From assembly GCA_947499615.1 (NCBI GenBank), contig CANMOP010000004.1, positions 38,501-102,500 of the forward strand: DNA of 64,000 nt, written 5' to 3'. A program made the position numbers and the translations under genes. This document shows, one piece after another, positions 37,280-46,840 of this stretch. Each line of letters opens with the position of its first letter. The first letter of the stretch is position 1. The notes under the pieces are model-generated. The model did no database searches, had not been told where the DNA came from, and saw nothing but the letters and a program-made list of their open reading frames with translations. Source of the DNA: Chloroflexota bacterium. GTDB lineage: Bacteria > Chloroflexota > Dehalococcoidia > UBA2979.

Positions 37280-39973
37280 GTGACCGTAGACGAACTGCGC
37301 GACGCGTTCCTCGCCTTCTTCGAGGAGCGCGGACACCGCCGCATCCCTTCCTCATCACTCGTCCCGCACGGCGATCCGTCGCTGCTGTTCACCTCCGCGG
37401 GGATGGTGCAGTTCAAGCCGTACTTCATGGGCCTGGAACAGCCACCGGCGCGCCGCATGACCTCGGTGCAGAAGTGTTTCCGCACGACCGACATCGAGGA
37501 GGTGGGCGACGCCTCCCACCTGACCTTCTTCGAGATGCTCGGAAACTTCTCGATCGCCGACTACTTCAAGCCGGAGGTTATTCCCTGGGCCTGGGAGTTC
37601 CTGACGGGCGTCCTCGGCATCGACGCCGATCGGCTCTGGGCAACGGTGTTCACCGACGACGACGAGGCGTACGACCTCTGGCGGGGGCTCGGCGTGCCGG
37701 AGCGGCGCATCCTGCGCTACACCTCCGAGCAGGGAAACTACTGGTACTCCGGCGAGACGGGGCCATCCGGGCCGTGCTCGGAGCTGCACTACGACTTCGG
37801 CGCCACGTCTGGCTGCCCCGCGTGCGCCGAGGACGCCTGCCACCCTGACGTCGGTTGCGGGCGGTTCCTTGAGATCTGGAACCTCGTCTTCATGGCGTAC
37901 GACCGCCAGCCGGACGGCTCTCGCGTGCCACTGCCCGGCCAGAACATCGACACCGGTGCGGGCATCGAGCGGGTGGCGTGGGTGCTGCAGGGCGTCCGCT
38001 CCGTGTACGAGACCGACCAGTTGCGCGCGATCCTCGCAAGCGCCGAGGCGGTCTCAGGCCGCGCGTACGACCCCGACGCGACGCCCGATGACGCGCGTGC
38101 GTTGCGCGCCATCGCGGAGCACGCCCGCGCGGTCACCTTCCTGATCGCCGACGGCGTCTTCCCGGCGAACGAGGGACGCGGTTACGTGCTGCGACGTGTC
38201 CTGCGCCGCGCGGTGTACTTCGCGTACACGATCGGCGTGCGCGAGCCGTTCTTCGGCACGGTGGTCGGCGCGGCGATCGACGCATCGCTACACGCGCACC
38301 CAGGGTTGGCGCAGCAGCGCGACCTGATTCTGCGCATCGCCGGCCTGGAGGAAGCGCGATTCCAGCAGGCGCTCGCGCGCGGGCTGGAGCTGCTGGACGA
38401 GGTGCTCGAGCGCGAGCAAACCTCGAGGCTCGTCCCGGGCCGCGAGATGTTCACGCTGTACGACACTCACGGCCTGCCGCCTGAGCTCACCGTCGAGGTC
38501 GCCGCGTTGCGCGGCTACGCCGTCGACCGCGAAGGCTTCGAGGCGGAGATGGCGGCCCAGCGGCTGCGCTCGCGTGGCGAGGGTACCTTCGGTGCGTTCG
38601 AGGATCCGCGAGCTGAGCGCTATGCCGCGCTCGGCCTGAGCAGCAGTTTCGTCGGGTACGAGTTGCTCACCGCAACCTCGACGGTCGCACACATCCTCGC
38701 GGACGGCGTCAGCGTCGACCGCCTCAGCGCCGGACAGGCTGGCGAGGTGGTGCTGCCGCAGACCTCGCTGTACCCCGAGGGCGGTGGCCAGGTCGGCGAC
38801 CACGGCGAGATTGTAACCGCCACCGGTCGCTTCCATGTGGACGACACGCAGCGCATCGGCAACGTGATCGCACACGTCGGCAGCGTCGTGGAGGGGCATA
38901 TCGCCACTGGCGACGCCGCCACGACCATCGTCGATGGGACGCGGCGCGTGGACAGCGCGCGCAACCACACCGCCACGCACCTGCTGCACGCAGCGCTGCG
39001 CACGGTGCTGGGCGAGCACGTGCGACAGGCCGGCTCCTACGTCGGGCCGGATCGACTGCGCTTCGACTACACGCATCCCGAGGCGCCATCGTCGGCCGCG
39101 CTGCGCGAAGTGCAGCATCTGGTGAATGCGAGAGTGCGCGACGACATCGTGCGCGAGACGATTGAACTGCCATACGAGGAAGCGATCGAGCGCGGCGCGA
39201 TCGCCTTCTTCGAGGATCGCTACGCAGCTGACGTGCGCATGGTGGAGTACTGCGAGTCGCACGCGCACAACCCCGGCGCTCCGGATGCGGACGGACACGC
39301 GCACGGCGAGTGCTTCAGCCGCGAGTTGTGCGGCGGAACGCACCTGCACTCCACCGGCGGCGTTGGCGTGCTGGTCGTCGTGAGCGACACGAGCATCGGA
39401 GCCGGAATGCGCCGCATCGAGGCGGTCACCGGGCCGGAGGCCGAGCACTACATCGATGAGCGCCTGGACGTGGTGAACGCGCTGGCGCTCCGCTTCAAGG
39501 CTCCAGCCGACGAGATCGGCTCGCGCGTGGACGCACTGGAAGCGCAACTCACCGAGGAACGTCGTCGCGCCACGATGCTCGCTCGACGTGCCTCCGCCGG
39601 GGTAGCCGACGAGCTCGCCGCGGACGCCGAAGAGATCGGCGGCGCGCGGCTGGTGGTGGCTCGCATCGAGGCGGACGACGCCGACGCGATGCGCGCGCTC
39701 GGCGACCGACTGCGCGACCGCTTGCAGCCCGCAGTCATCGTGCTCGGTGCTGCCGTCGGCGACCGCCCGTTGTTCCTGGCGATGGTCTCCGATGAACTGG
39801 TCGAACGCGGCGTACGGGCGGACGAACTCGCGCGTGCCGCAGCGACCGAGGCCGGCGGTGGCGGTGGCGGGCGTCCACAGCTCGCGCAGGCGGGCGGCCG
39901 CGACCTCGCGAAACTCGATAGCGCGCTCTTCGCGGCGCGCGTGGCCGCGAGGGCGCGGCTGACGGGCGGGTAG
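37280..39973 (+). CDS. alaS: alanyl-tRNA synthetase
   Basis: Class II AlaRS catalytic core (FTSAGMVQFKP), editing-domain HxxxH/CxxxH Zn motif (HTATHLLH...CGGTH) and C-terminal DHHA1-like region. GTG start at 37280 chosen over the upstream ORF-track start. Confidence 0.93.
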   Translation: MTVDELRDAFLAFFEERGHRRIPSSSLVPHGDPSLLFTSAGMVQFKPYFMGLEQPPARRMTSVQKCFRTTDIEEVGDASHLTFFEMLGNFSIADYFKPEVIPWAWEFLTGVLGIDADRLWATVFTDDDEAYDLWRGLGVPERRILRYTSEQGNYWYSGETGPSGPCSELHYDFGATSGCPACAEDACHPDVGCGRFLEIWNLVFMAYDRQPDGSRVPLPGQNIDTGAGIERVAWVLQGVRSVYETDQLRAILASAEAVSGRAYDPDATPDDARALRAIAEHARAVTFLIADGVFPANEGRGYVLRRVLRRAVYFAYTIGVREPFFGTVVGAAIDASLHAHPGLAQQRDLILRIAGLEEARFQQALARGLELLDEVLEREQTSRLVPGREMFTLYDTHGLPPELTVEVAALRGYAVDREGFEAEMAAQRLRSRGEGTFGAFEDPRAERYAALGLSSSFVGYELLTATSTVAHILADGVSVDRLSAGQAGEVVLPQTSLYPEGGGQVGDHGEIVTATGRFHVDDTQRIGNVIAHVGSVVEGHIATGDAATTIVDGTRRVDSARNHTATHLLHAALRTVLGEHVRQAGSYVGPDRLRFDYTHPEAPSSAALREVQHLVNARVRDDIVRETIELPYEEAIERGAIAFFEDRYAADVRMVEYCESHAHNPGAPDADGHAHGECFSRELCGGTHLHSTGGVGVLVVVSDTSIGAGMRRIEAVTGPEAEHYIDERLDVVNALALRFKAPADEIGSRVDALEAQLTEERRRATMLARRASAGVADELAADAEEIGGARLVVARIEADDADAMRALGDRLRDRLQPAVIVLGAAVGDRPLFLAMVSDELVERGVRADELARAAATEAGGGGGGRPQLAQAGGRDLAKLDSALFAARVAARARLTGG

Positions 39974-39977
39974 CGCA

Positions 39978-40385
39978 GTGCGCTGGGTCGGCGTCGATCC
40001 GGGCGGCGCACGCGTCGGCATCGCTGTCTGCGACGACGACGAACGCATCGCCGTGCCGGTGGAGGTTGTGCCGGCATCGGTGGCGGTCCCCGCGATCCGA
40101 ACCGTCGCCACCCGCGAGCACGCGTACGGGATCGTGATTGGGCTCGCCGTGTCGATGGACGGGCGGGAGCGAGCCTCGGCGGCAGCCGGACGGCGGCTGG
40201 GCGAGCGCGTGCGGCGCGTACTGGGTCTGCCCGTAGAATATGAAGACGAACGTCTGAGCACCGCCGCTGCGGAGCGCAGTGTCGGGCGCTCCCGACCGAG
40301 CGACGACATCGCCGCCGCGCACATCCTGCAACAGTTCATCGACCGGAGAAGGCGCGAGGGCCGGGTTGGGGAGTCGCTTCCGTGA
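39978..40385 (+). CDS. ruvX: Holliday junction resolvase-like RuvX/YqgF
   Basis: RNase H-like fold signature VGVDPG..RVGIAVCDD. 135 aa with GTG start. Confidence 0.85.
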   Translation: MRWVGVDPGGARVGIAVCDDDERIAVPVEVVPASVAVPAIRTVATREHAYGIVIGLAVSMDGRERASAAAGRRLGERVRRVLGLPVEYEDERLSTAAAERSVGRSRPSDDIAAAHILQQFIDRRRREGRVGESLP

Positions 40386-41442
40386 CCCACGGCTGCTATT
40401 CGCGCTCGCGAGCGTAACGATCGCCGTCACGGTCGCGCTCGGCTTCGCGTGCTCGACGCGCGCGACGATGGGGGCGATGCGCCTCCCGCCGCCGCCACCG
40501 CCCGAAGCGCAGGCGCCCGGCCCCGTGACCTTCGTCGTCGAACCCGGTGCGGCGCCCGACGCGATCGCGGACGCCCTGCGCAATGCAGGCATCATTACGG
40601 ACGCTCGACGTTTCCAGTTGCTGGTCGGGCTGACGGGCAGCGGGCGCGAGATCCGGGCGGGGTGCTACGTCTTCGGGGCCGGCACGCCCGCCGCCGACGT
40701 GCTGCGCCGGCTACGAGGCGGCATCACCGCGAGCCAGTTGCTCGCGATCCCCGAAGGCAAGCGGCTGGAGGAGGTCGGCGCCACGCTGGAGCGCGCGGGC
40801 ATCAGCACCAGCGATCAGTGGGAGACCGCGTTGGCCTCGGCGCCCGTCGCCAACCTGCCGTCGCCACCCCCGGCGGGGGCGTCTCTGCTGGGTTACCTGC
40901 TCCCCGCAAGCTACCCCCTGCTCTGCAAGTCGAGCGCCGACCAGATGGTGAGCGCGATGATCGACGCCTTCTCGGCGCAGGTCACCCCGACGGTGATCGC
41001 CGCAGCACGCGCACGCGGACTCAACCTCCACCAACTGCTTACGCTCGCGTCGATCGTCGAGCGGGAAGCGGTGCTGAAAGAGGAACAGCCGGTGATTGCC
41101 TCGGTGTTCCTCAACCGCCTCGCCGATCGCGTGCCCTTGCAGGCGGACCCGACCGTGCAATTCGCCGTCGCACAGGCCAATCCGCCGAGGCCGGGCGGCA
41201 CCTGGTGGAAGACCGATCTGACGGAGACAGACCTGCGCATCAGCTCGCCGTACAACACCTACCGCAACGCCGGCCTACCGCCCGGCCCGATCGCGAACCC
41301 GGGCATCGGCGCGATTACCGCAGTGGCCAACGCCGCGCGTACGGACTACTACTATTTTGTGGCGAAGGGTGACGGCTCACACGCATTCTCGCGTACGCTT
41401 GCGGAGCACAATGCGAACGTCGCGCGGTATCAGCGGCCATGA
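40279..41442 (+). CDS. mltG: endolytic murein transglycosylase MltG (YceG-like)
   Basis: Single N-terminal TM helix followed by a YceG domain (ASIVEREA...FLNRL...YNTYRNAGLPPGPIANPG). Start is uncertain; the ORF overlaps the ruvX 3' end. Confidence 0.78.
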   Translation: MSGAPDRATTSPPRTSCNSSSTGEGARAGLGSRFRDPRLLFALASVTIAVTVALGFACSTRATMGAMRLPPPPPPEAQAPGPVTFVVEPGAAPDAIADALRNAGIITDARRFQLLVGLTGSGREIRAGCYVFGAGTPAADVLRRLRGGITASQLLAIPEGKRLEEVGATLERAGISTSDQWETALASAPVANLPSPPPAGASLLGYLLPASYPLLCKSSADQMVSAMIDAFSAQVTPTVIAAARARGLNLHQLLTLASIVEREAVLKEEQPVIASVFLNRLADRVPLQADPTVQFAVAQANPPRPGGTWWKTDLTETDLRISSPYNTYRNAGLPPGPIANPGIGAITAVANAARTDYYYFVAKGDGSHAFSRTLAEHNANVARYQRP

Positions 41443-41500
41443 GTAGCATCGCTGTCGCGAGGGCGGCCACCACCAGTTCGGCAACCACGGGAGCGACCCC

Positions 41501-42382
41501 ATGACCAGCACCGTCGCGCTCATCGGACACCCCGTCTCGCACTCCATCTCGCCGAGGTTCCAGCAGGCGGCGTTCGATGCTGCGGGCATCGACGCGCGCT
41601 ACGAGGCGTGGGACGTGCTCCCGGAGGACATCGGCGTCACGCTGGAGCGCTTGCGCAGTGGCTCCATGCTGGGCGCGAACGTCACGATCCCGCACAAGGA
41701 AACGGTCGCACGGCTCGTCGAACGCCCTGACGCGCTGGTCGAGTGGATGGGCGCAGCCAACACCATCGTGCGACGTGACGGCGTACTGCACGCGACGAAC
41801 ACCGACGTGATCGGAATCACGCGCGCACTGGAAGATGCTGGGGTCGAACTGCGCGGACAGAGCGTGTTGCTGCTCGGCGCCGGCGGCGCGGCCCGCGCGG
41901 TGGTAGTCGCACTGCGTCGAGCAGGCGCGGCACGCCTCTGGATCGCCAACCGCACTGCCGACCGCGCTCACGCGATCGCCACGCTCGCTGGCGACGACGT
42001 GTCGACGAGCGTCGTCCCGCTGGACGCTGCGGATCCTGCGCTCGAGGCGGCGGCGCGTGCCGCCACGGTGATCGTGAACTCCACCTCGCTCGGGATGCGC
42101 CACGGCCCCGGCGCGGAAGAAACGCCGTTGCCCGAAGAGTTGTTCGCGCCTGGGCAGGCCGCCTTCGATCTGGTATACGTGCCGGAGCGCACGCCGTTCC
42201 TCGCCGCCGCGGAGCGCGCGGGAGCACGTACCATCGGTGGGCTCTCCATGTTGATACACCAGGGTGCCGAGGCGTTCCGGCTCTGGACCGGCGTCGAGCC
42301 GCCGATCGACGTGATGTTCGCCGCCGCACGCGCGGCGCTACGCGACGCCGAGGCCGGCGCAGCCTCACGCGACGGGCGCTGA
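41501..42382 (+). CDS. aroE: shikimate dehydrogenase
   Basis: N-terminal substrate domain (IGHPVSHSISP...NVTIPHK) and NADP Rossmann motif LLLGAGGAARAV. Confidence 0.9.
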   Translation: MTSTVALIGHPVSHSISPRFQQAAFDAAGIDARYEAWDVLPEDIGVTLERLRSGSMLGANVTIPHKETVARLVERPDALVEWMGAANTIVRRDGVLHATNTDVIGITRALEDAGVELRGQSVLLLGAGGAARAVVVALRRAGAARLWIANRTADRAHAIATLAGDDVSTSVVPLDAADPALEAAARAATVIVNSTSLGMRHGPGAEETPLPEELFAPGQAAFDLVYVPERTPFLAAAERAGARTIGGLSMLIHQGAEAFRLWTGVEPPIDVMFAAARAALRDAEAGAASRDGR

Positions 42383-42386
42383 CCGC

Positions 42387-43067
42387 GTGATCATCCTCGG
42401 CATCGTTGGATTCCTGCTCATCACGGCGGTCGTCGGGTTCGCGATCGTCTCGTCGGCGTTCTCCCAACGCCATTGGAAGCACGTGATCGCGGAGGGCGAC
42501 CGGCCGACGCTGGTAGCCGCTGTCGAGGAGGCGTTCGAGACGTTCCGCCAGATGCGCGCGCCTCGAGGGGTGCCCCCCGCGGACTGGCTGGGACTCCAGT
42601 CCGCCACCGTCGTCGCCGCCGACCGCGACCGATGCCGCGTCACAGTCGTCGTCGAACCGGATCTGCGCGTCGTCGATGGCGAACGACGCGAGGTTGGGCC
42701 GGCGCAGGCGGTGGCTCGACGGGTGGCGGTACGCATGGTGGAACGGCTGCTGTACGAGATCCCATTGGCGCGCTTTGAGGCCGTTCAGGTGGACGTCTAC
42801 ACCGAATATCGAAGCGCCGCAGGGGCAATCCAGACCGACTGCCTGCTGACCACACGCGTCTCCCGCGAGCTTGGCAGCGAGACGGAGTGGGACGAGCAGG
42901 AAGCAGGCGCTATCCTCGCCCTCTGGCATACACGCGAAGCGGCAGCCGGTACACCCGTCGACCCGGGTGCCGCCGCAATCATTCGCCCGGACGAGTTCGA
43001 GCTGCCGGCCCGCGATGATGCGCGCGATAGCGACGAGACGGACAACGTGAAGGACGGCCCGCGATGA
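42387..43067 (+). CDS. hypothetical membrane-anchored protein embedded in the aro cluster
   Basis: GTG start. One N-terminal TM helix (IILGIVGFLLITAVVGFAIV) plus an acidic soluble domain. Starts 4 nt after the aroE stop and overlaps the aroC start. Confidence 0.5.
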   Translation: MIILGIVGFLLITAVVGFAIVSSAFSQRHWKHVIAEGDRPTLVAAVEEAFETFRQMRAPRGVPPADWLGLQSATVVAADRDRCRVTVVVEPDLRVVDGERREVGPAQAVARRVAVRMVERLLYEIPLARFEAVQVDVYTEYRSAAGAIQTDCLLTTRVSRELGSETEWDEQEAGAILALWHTREAAAGTPVDPGAAAIIRPDEFELPARDDARDSDETDNVKDGPR

Positions 43068-44245
43068 CTGAGTTCCGCTTTCTGACCGCCGGAGAATCGC
43101 ACGGCAAAGGCCTCACCTCGATCGTCGAGGGCGTACCGGCCGGGTTGCCGCTGACGGAGGGGCAGATCGCGTTCGACCTCGCGCGGCGACAGCAGGGCTA
43201 CGGTCGCGGTCGCCGCCAGCAGATCGAGCGCGACTTCGCGGAGCTGACCGGCGGTGTGCGGCACGGCCTGACGATGGGCTCGCCCATCGCGATGTGGATC
43301 GCGAATGCCGACCACAAAAACGCCAATTGGCAGGTGCGCATGGCGGCCGGCCCGGTGGACGAGGAAGTGGAGCGCGTCACGCTGCTGCGCCCGGGGCACG
43401 CTGACCTTGCCGGCACGCAGAAGTACGGCATCGATGATGTCCGTCCGATCCTGGAGCGCTCCAGCGCACGCGAGACGGCGCAACGCGTCGCCGTCGGCGC
43501 GATCGCTCGCGCGCTGCTCGCGGAGATCGGCATCACCATCCGCTCGCACGCCGTCGTGATCGGCGATGTGGAAGCGAACGTGCCGGAGCGCATCGATTGG
43601 GACGCGGTGGAGGTGTCGCCAGTACGCGTCGCCGATCGCCAGGCAGAGGCCCGCATGATCGCAGCGATCGATCAGGCGAAGGAGGACCTCGACAGCATCG
43701 GCGGCATCTTCGAGGTGCGTGCGAGCGGTGTACCGTTCGGCCTAGGCAGCCACGTAATGTGGGACCGTCGGCTGGACGGCAAGATCGCGCAGGCGTTCCT
43801 CTCCATCAACGCGGTCAAGGGCGTTGAGATCGGCGACGGATTCGCGAACGCTCGCAAGCCGGGCTCGGAGGTGCAGGACATCATCCTGCCAGCGCCGGAG
43901 TGGGAGCGCCGCCCATGGGAGCACGCCACCAATCGCGCAGGCGGCATCGAGGCGGGCATGACCAATGGCGAGGACATCGTCGTGCGCGGCGCGCTCAAGC
44001 CGATCTCGACGATCCCGCGACGCCTCCAGTCCGCCGACCTGCTGACGGGCGAAGAGGCGCAGGCGATGTACGAGCGCTCCGATGCGTGCGTGGTGCCTGC
44101 GGCCGGCGTCATCGGCGAGGCGATGCTCGCGATCGTGCTGGCTCAGGCGGCACTCGAGAAGTTCGGCGGCGACCACGTCGATGAGTTCCGCCGCAACTTC
44201 CAGGCGTTCAACGCCACCGTCGGCCCGCGGGAGCGCCGCGAGTGA
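43064..44245 (+). CDS. aroC: chorismate synthase
   Basis: Signatures GESHG and RSSARETA. 393 aa. Confidence 0.95.
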   Translation: MTEFRFLTAGESHGKGLTSIVEGVPAGLPLTEGQIAFDLARRQQGYGRGRRQQIERDFAELTGGVRHGLTMGSPIAMWIANADHKNANWQVRMAAGPVDEEVERVTLLRPGHADLAGTQKYGIDDVRPILERSSARETAQRVAVGAIARALLAEIGITIRSHAVVIGDVEANVPERIDWDAVEVSPVRVADRQAEARMIAAIDQAKEDLDSIGGIFEVRASGVPFGLGSHVMWDRRLDGKIAQAFLSINAVKGVEIGDGFANARKPGSEVQDIILPAPEWERRPWEHATNRAGGIEAGMTNGEDIVVRGALKPISTIPRRLQSADLLTGEEAQAMYERSDACVVPAAGVIGEAMLAIVLAQAALEKFGGDHVDEFRRNFQAFNATVGPRERRE

Positions 44246-45954
44246 CCACCGGGCCTCAATCGGCATCCGTGCAATCGGCGCAGCAGATCGTGCTGGTCGG
44301 GCTCTCCGGCGTCGGCAAGTCAACCGTGGGGGCGATTCTCGCGGCCCGTCTCGGCTGGCCGCTGCTCGACACGGACGACCTCGTGCGGGCGAGCGAGGGC
44401 CAGACCGCCGCGCAGATCATCACGACGCGTGGCGAGCCTGCGTTCCGCGAAATCGAGGTCCGCGTTGTCGTCGACGCCGCGCAGCACGTGCCCGCGGTGA
44501 TCGCGACCGGCGGAGGTGCGTTCCAGCACCCGGCCGCGCGACAGGCGTTGGGTCGACGCGGGCTGATCTGCTACCTCGACGCCACGCCGGCGGAGATCGC
44601 GCGACGCGTGCGCGCGGTGCCGCAATCGAGCGAGCGCCCACTGATCGCCGGCGAGGACATGGAGGGTCGGCTCCAGGCGCTGGATGACGAGCGCCGCCCC
44701 GCCTACTCCCACGCCGATATCTGGGTGCCGGTCCAAGGGATGACACCCGAGGCGGCCGCGAACCGCATCCTGCAGGCGTGGGCCGGCGACGCTGCTTCCG
44801 CACTCGCGCTGCCGCTGCGGCTGGACCGCCTGAGTTCGGCACGCCCCTCCGGCGTGCCGGCCGCGATCGTCGACACCGGTGCCGAGCGCTACCCGATCTG
44901 GGTTGGCCCCGGCCAACTGGAGCGGCTGCCCGAGCGGCTGCGCATGTTGGGCCTGAACGGCCGCGTCTTCCTGATCACCGATGCCAACGTGATGGCCGCG
45001 CACGGCGAGCAGGTCGCGAAGGTGCTGGATGCCGCTGGCATCGCAGGCGCCGCATATATCATCCCCCCCGGCGAGGCCTCCAAGTCCTTGCGCGTCGCCG
45101 AGGAGGTGTACCGCTGGCTGGCCGAACAACGCGCGGAGCGTCGTGACACGATCCTCGCGCTCGGCGGCGGGGTGGTCGGAGACCTCGCGGGGTACGTCGG
45201 CTCGACGTACCTGCGCGGAATGGCAGTAGTGCAGGCACCCACCTCGGTGCTGGCGATGAACGATGCCTCGATCGGCGGCAAGGTCGCGGTCGATCTGCCA
45301 CAGGGCAAGAACCTCGTCGGCGCGTTTGCGCAGCCGCGCGCGGTGATCGCGGACACCGACACGTTGCGCACACTCCCGCGTCGCTCGCTCGTTGAGGGCT
45401 ACGGCGAAGTGATCAAGCACGCACTGATCCTGGACCCCGCGCTGTTCCACGAGTTGGAGCGGCACGCCGGCTCACTCTCCACCGGCACCGCGGATCCGGA
45501 GCTGGTCGCGACGCTGTTCGCACGCTCGGCGCGGCTCAAGGCGCTGATCGTCTCGACCGACCCACGCGAGCAGGGCATCCGCGCGATCCTGAACTACGGC
45601 CACACCATTGGGCATGGCGTGGAGACGGCGACGGCGTTCGACGGGCAGTACCTGCACGGCGAGGCCGTCTCCGTCGGCATGATGGGCGCTGCCCGCATCG
45701 CCGTGCGCATGGGACTGCACGACGAGGAACTACTCGCGCGGCAAGCCGACTTGCTGCGCGCGTTCGGGCTGCCACTTGCGGCGCCGGGCGTCGACGCTCG
45801 TGTCGTGCTCGACGCGATGCGCCTCGACAAGAAGGTGGAAGGCGGCACGATGCGCTTCATCCTGCTGGACGAGATAGGCAGCGCGCGTGTGCACGCCGAT
45901 GTGCCGGAGCCACTGGTCGGCGAGGTGGTGCGCAGCCTGGTCGCGAGCGGGTGA
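44242..45954 (+). CDS. aroKB: bifunctional shikimate kinase / 3-dehydroquinate synthase (AroK-AroB fusion)
   Basis: N-terminal P-loop kinase (LVGLSGVGKSTVG...LDTDD) fused in frame to a DHQ synthase domain (LGGGVVGDLAGY...NDASIGGK...HTIGHGVE). Confidence 0.9.
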   Translation: MTTGPQSASVQSAQQIVLVGLSGVGKSTVGAILAARLGWPLLDTDDLVRASEGQTAAQIITTRGEPAFREIEVRVVVDAAQHVPAVIATGGGAFQHPAARQALGRRGLICYLDATPAEIARRVRAVPQSSERPLIAGEDMEGRLQALDDERRPAYSHADIWVPVQGMTPEAAANRILQAWAGDAASALALPLRLDRLSSARPSGVPAAIVDTGAERYPIWVGPGQLERLPERLRMLGLNGRVFLITDANVMAAHGEQVAKVLDAAGIAGAAYIIPPGEASKSLRVAEEVYRWLAEQRAERRDTILALGGGVVGDLAGYVGSTYLRGMAVVQAPTSVLAMNDASIGGKVAVDLPQGKNLVGAFAQPRAVIADTDTLRTLPRRSLVEGYGEVIKHALILDPALFHELERHAGSLSTGTADPELVATLFARSARLKALIVSTDPREQGIRAILNYGHTIGHGVETATAFDGQYLHGEAVSVGMMGAARIAVRMGLHDEELLARQADLLRAFGLPLAAPGVDARVVLDAMRLDKKVEGGTMRFILLDEIGSARVHADVPEPLVGEVVRSLVASG

Positions 45955-45958
45955 GGCG

Positions 45959-46261
45959 ATGACCAGCAGGGCAGCCAACCGACCACCTCGACGTATCGTG
46001 GCGAAGGCGATCGGGCGCGTGCAGGGCGTGGGCTTCCGCGCCTTCTGCGCCGACGAGGCGATGCGCCTGCATGTCGATGGCTACGCGAAGAACCTGAGCG
46101 ACGGTCGCACCGTCGAGGTGGTCGGCGAGGCCGACGAGCCGACGCTGCGCCGCTTCGTCGAGCGCCTCCGCGCAGGCCCGCCGATGTCGCACGTCGCCGA
46201 TGTCGAGTTCCGCTGGGAAGAGCCGACCGGCGAGTTCCACGGCTTCGAGTCGGTCATCTAG
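45959..46261 (+). CDS. acyP: acylphosphatase
   Basis: Signature GRVQGVGFR at the N-terminus and the betaalphabetabetaalphabeta length (about 100 aa). Confidence 0.8.
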   Translation: MTSRAANRPPRRIVAKAIGRVQGVGFRAFCADEAMRLHVDGYAKNLSDGRTVEVVGEADEPTLRRFVERLRAGPPMSHVADVEFRWEEPTGEFHGFESVI

Positions 46262-46436
46262 GCTCGCCATCGGGTCGATCGGCTGCCCGTCCCATCGTCG
46301 GGCATACGCCACCCGCCATCCCTCGCAACGAAACTTGCTGCGGACGATGCAACGCGCCTATAACCATCGTAATGACCACGCCACAGCGCGATGGTCGAGG
46401 GTGCATGAGCGTCTACGAACCGAGAAGGAGCGAACG

Positions 46437-46805
46437 ATGCAACAGCCCGGAAATTCCAGCAGCAGTGCCTCAAACGACAACGTGATCGCAGGCATTTGCT
46501 ACATCATCGGTTTGTTCAGTGCGATCTTCCTGTTCATCGCGCCATACAGCACGAACCCAACGGTGCGCTTTCACGCGATGCAATCGATCGTGCTGCAGGT
46601 CGTGGTCGTCGTTGGCTTTATTGTGCTCAACGTCGCACTCGCAGTGATCACGAGCATCATGCCGTTCGCGTTCTTCCTGTATCTGCTTATGCCGCTCGTC
46701 TGGCTTGGCGTAGTCGGCGTGTTCATTCTGTTGGCGATCAAGGCCTTCCAGGGCAACGGCATCGAGGTTCCGGTGGTCAGCGATTGGGCGAAGCGGTTCG
46801 CGTAG
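46437..46805 (+). CDS. DUF4870-like small integral membrane protein
   Basis: 122 aa with three or four TM helices (IAGICYIIGLFSAIFLF..., VVVVGFIVLNVALAVI..., LVWLGVVGVFILLAI). Local GC is about 54-55%. Confidence 0.6.
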   Translation: MQQPGNSSSSASNDNVIAGICYIIGLFSAIFLFIAPYSTNPTVRFHAMQSIVLQVVVVVGFIVLNVALAVITSIMPFAFFLYLLMPLVWLGVVGVFILLAIKAFQGNGIEVPVVSDWAKRFA

Positions 46806-46840
46806 ATGCGTCACTTGATACACGCCCGAGAGCTGCCGCG

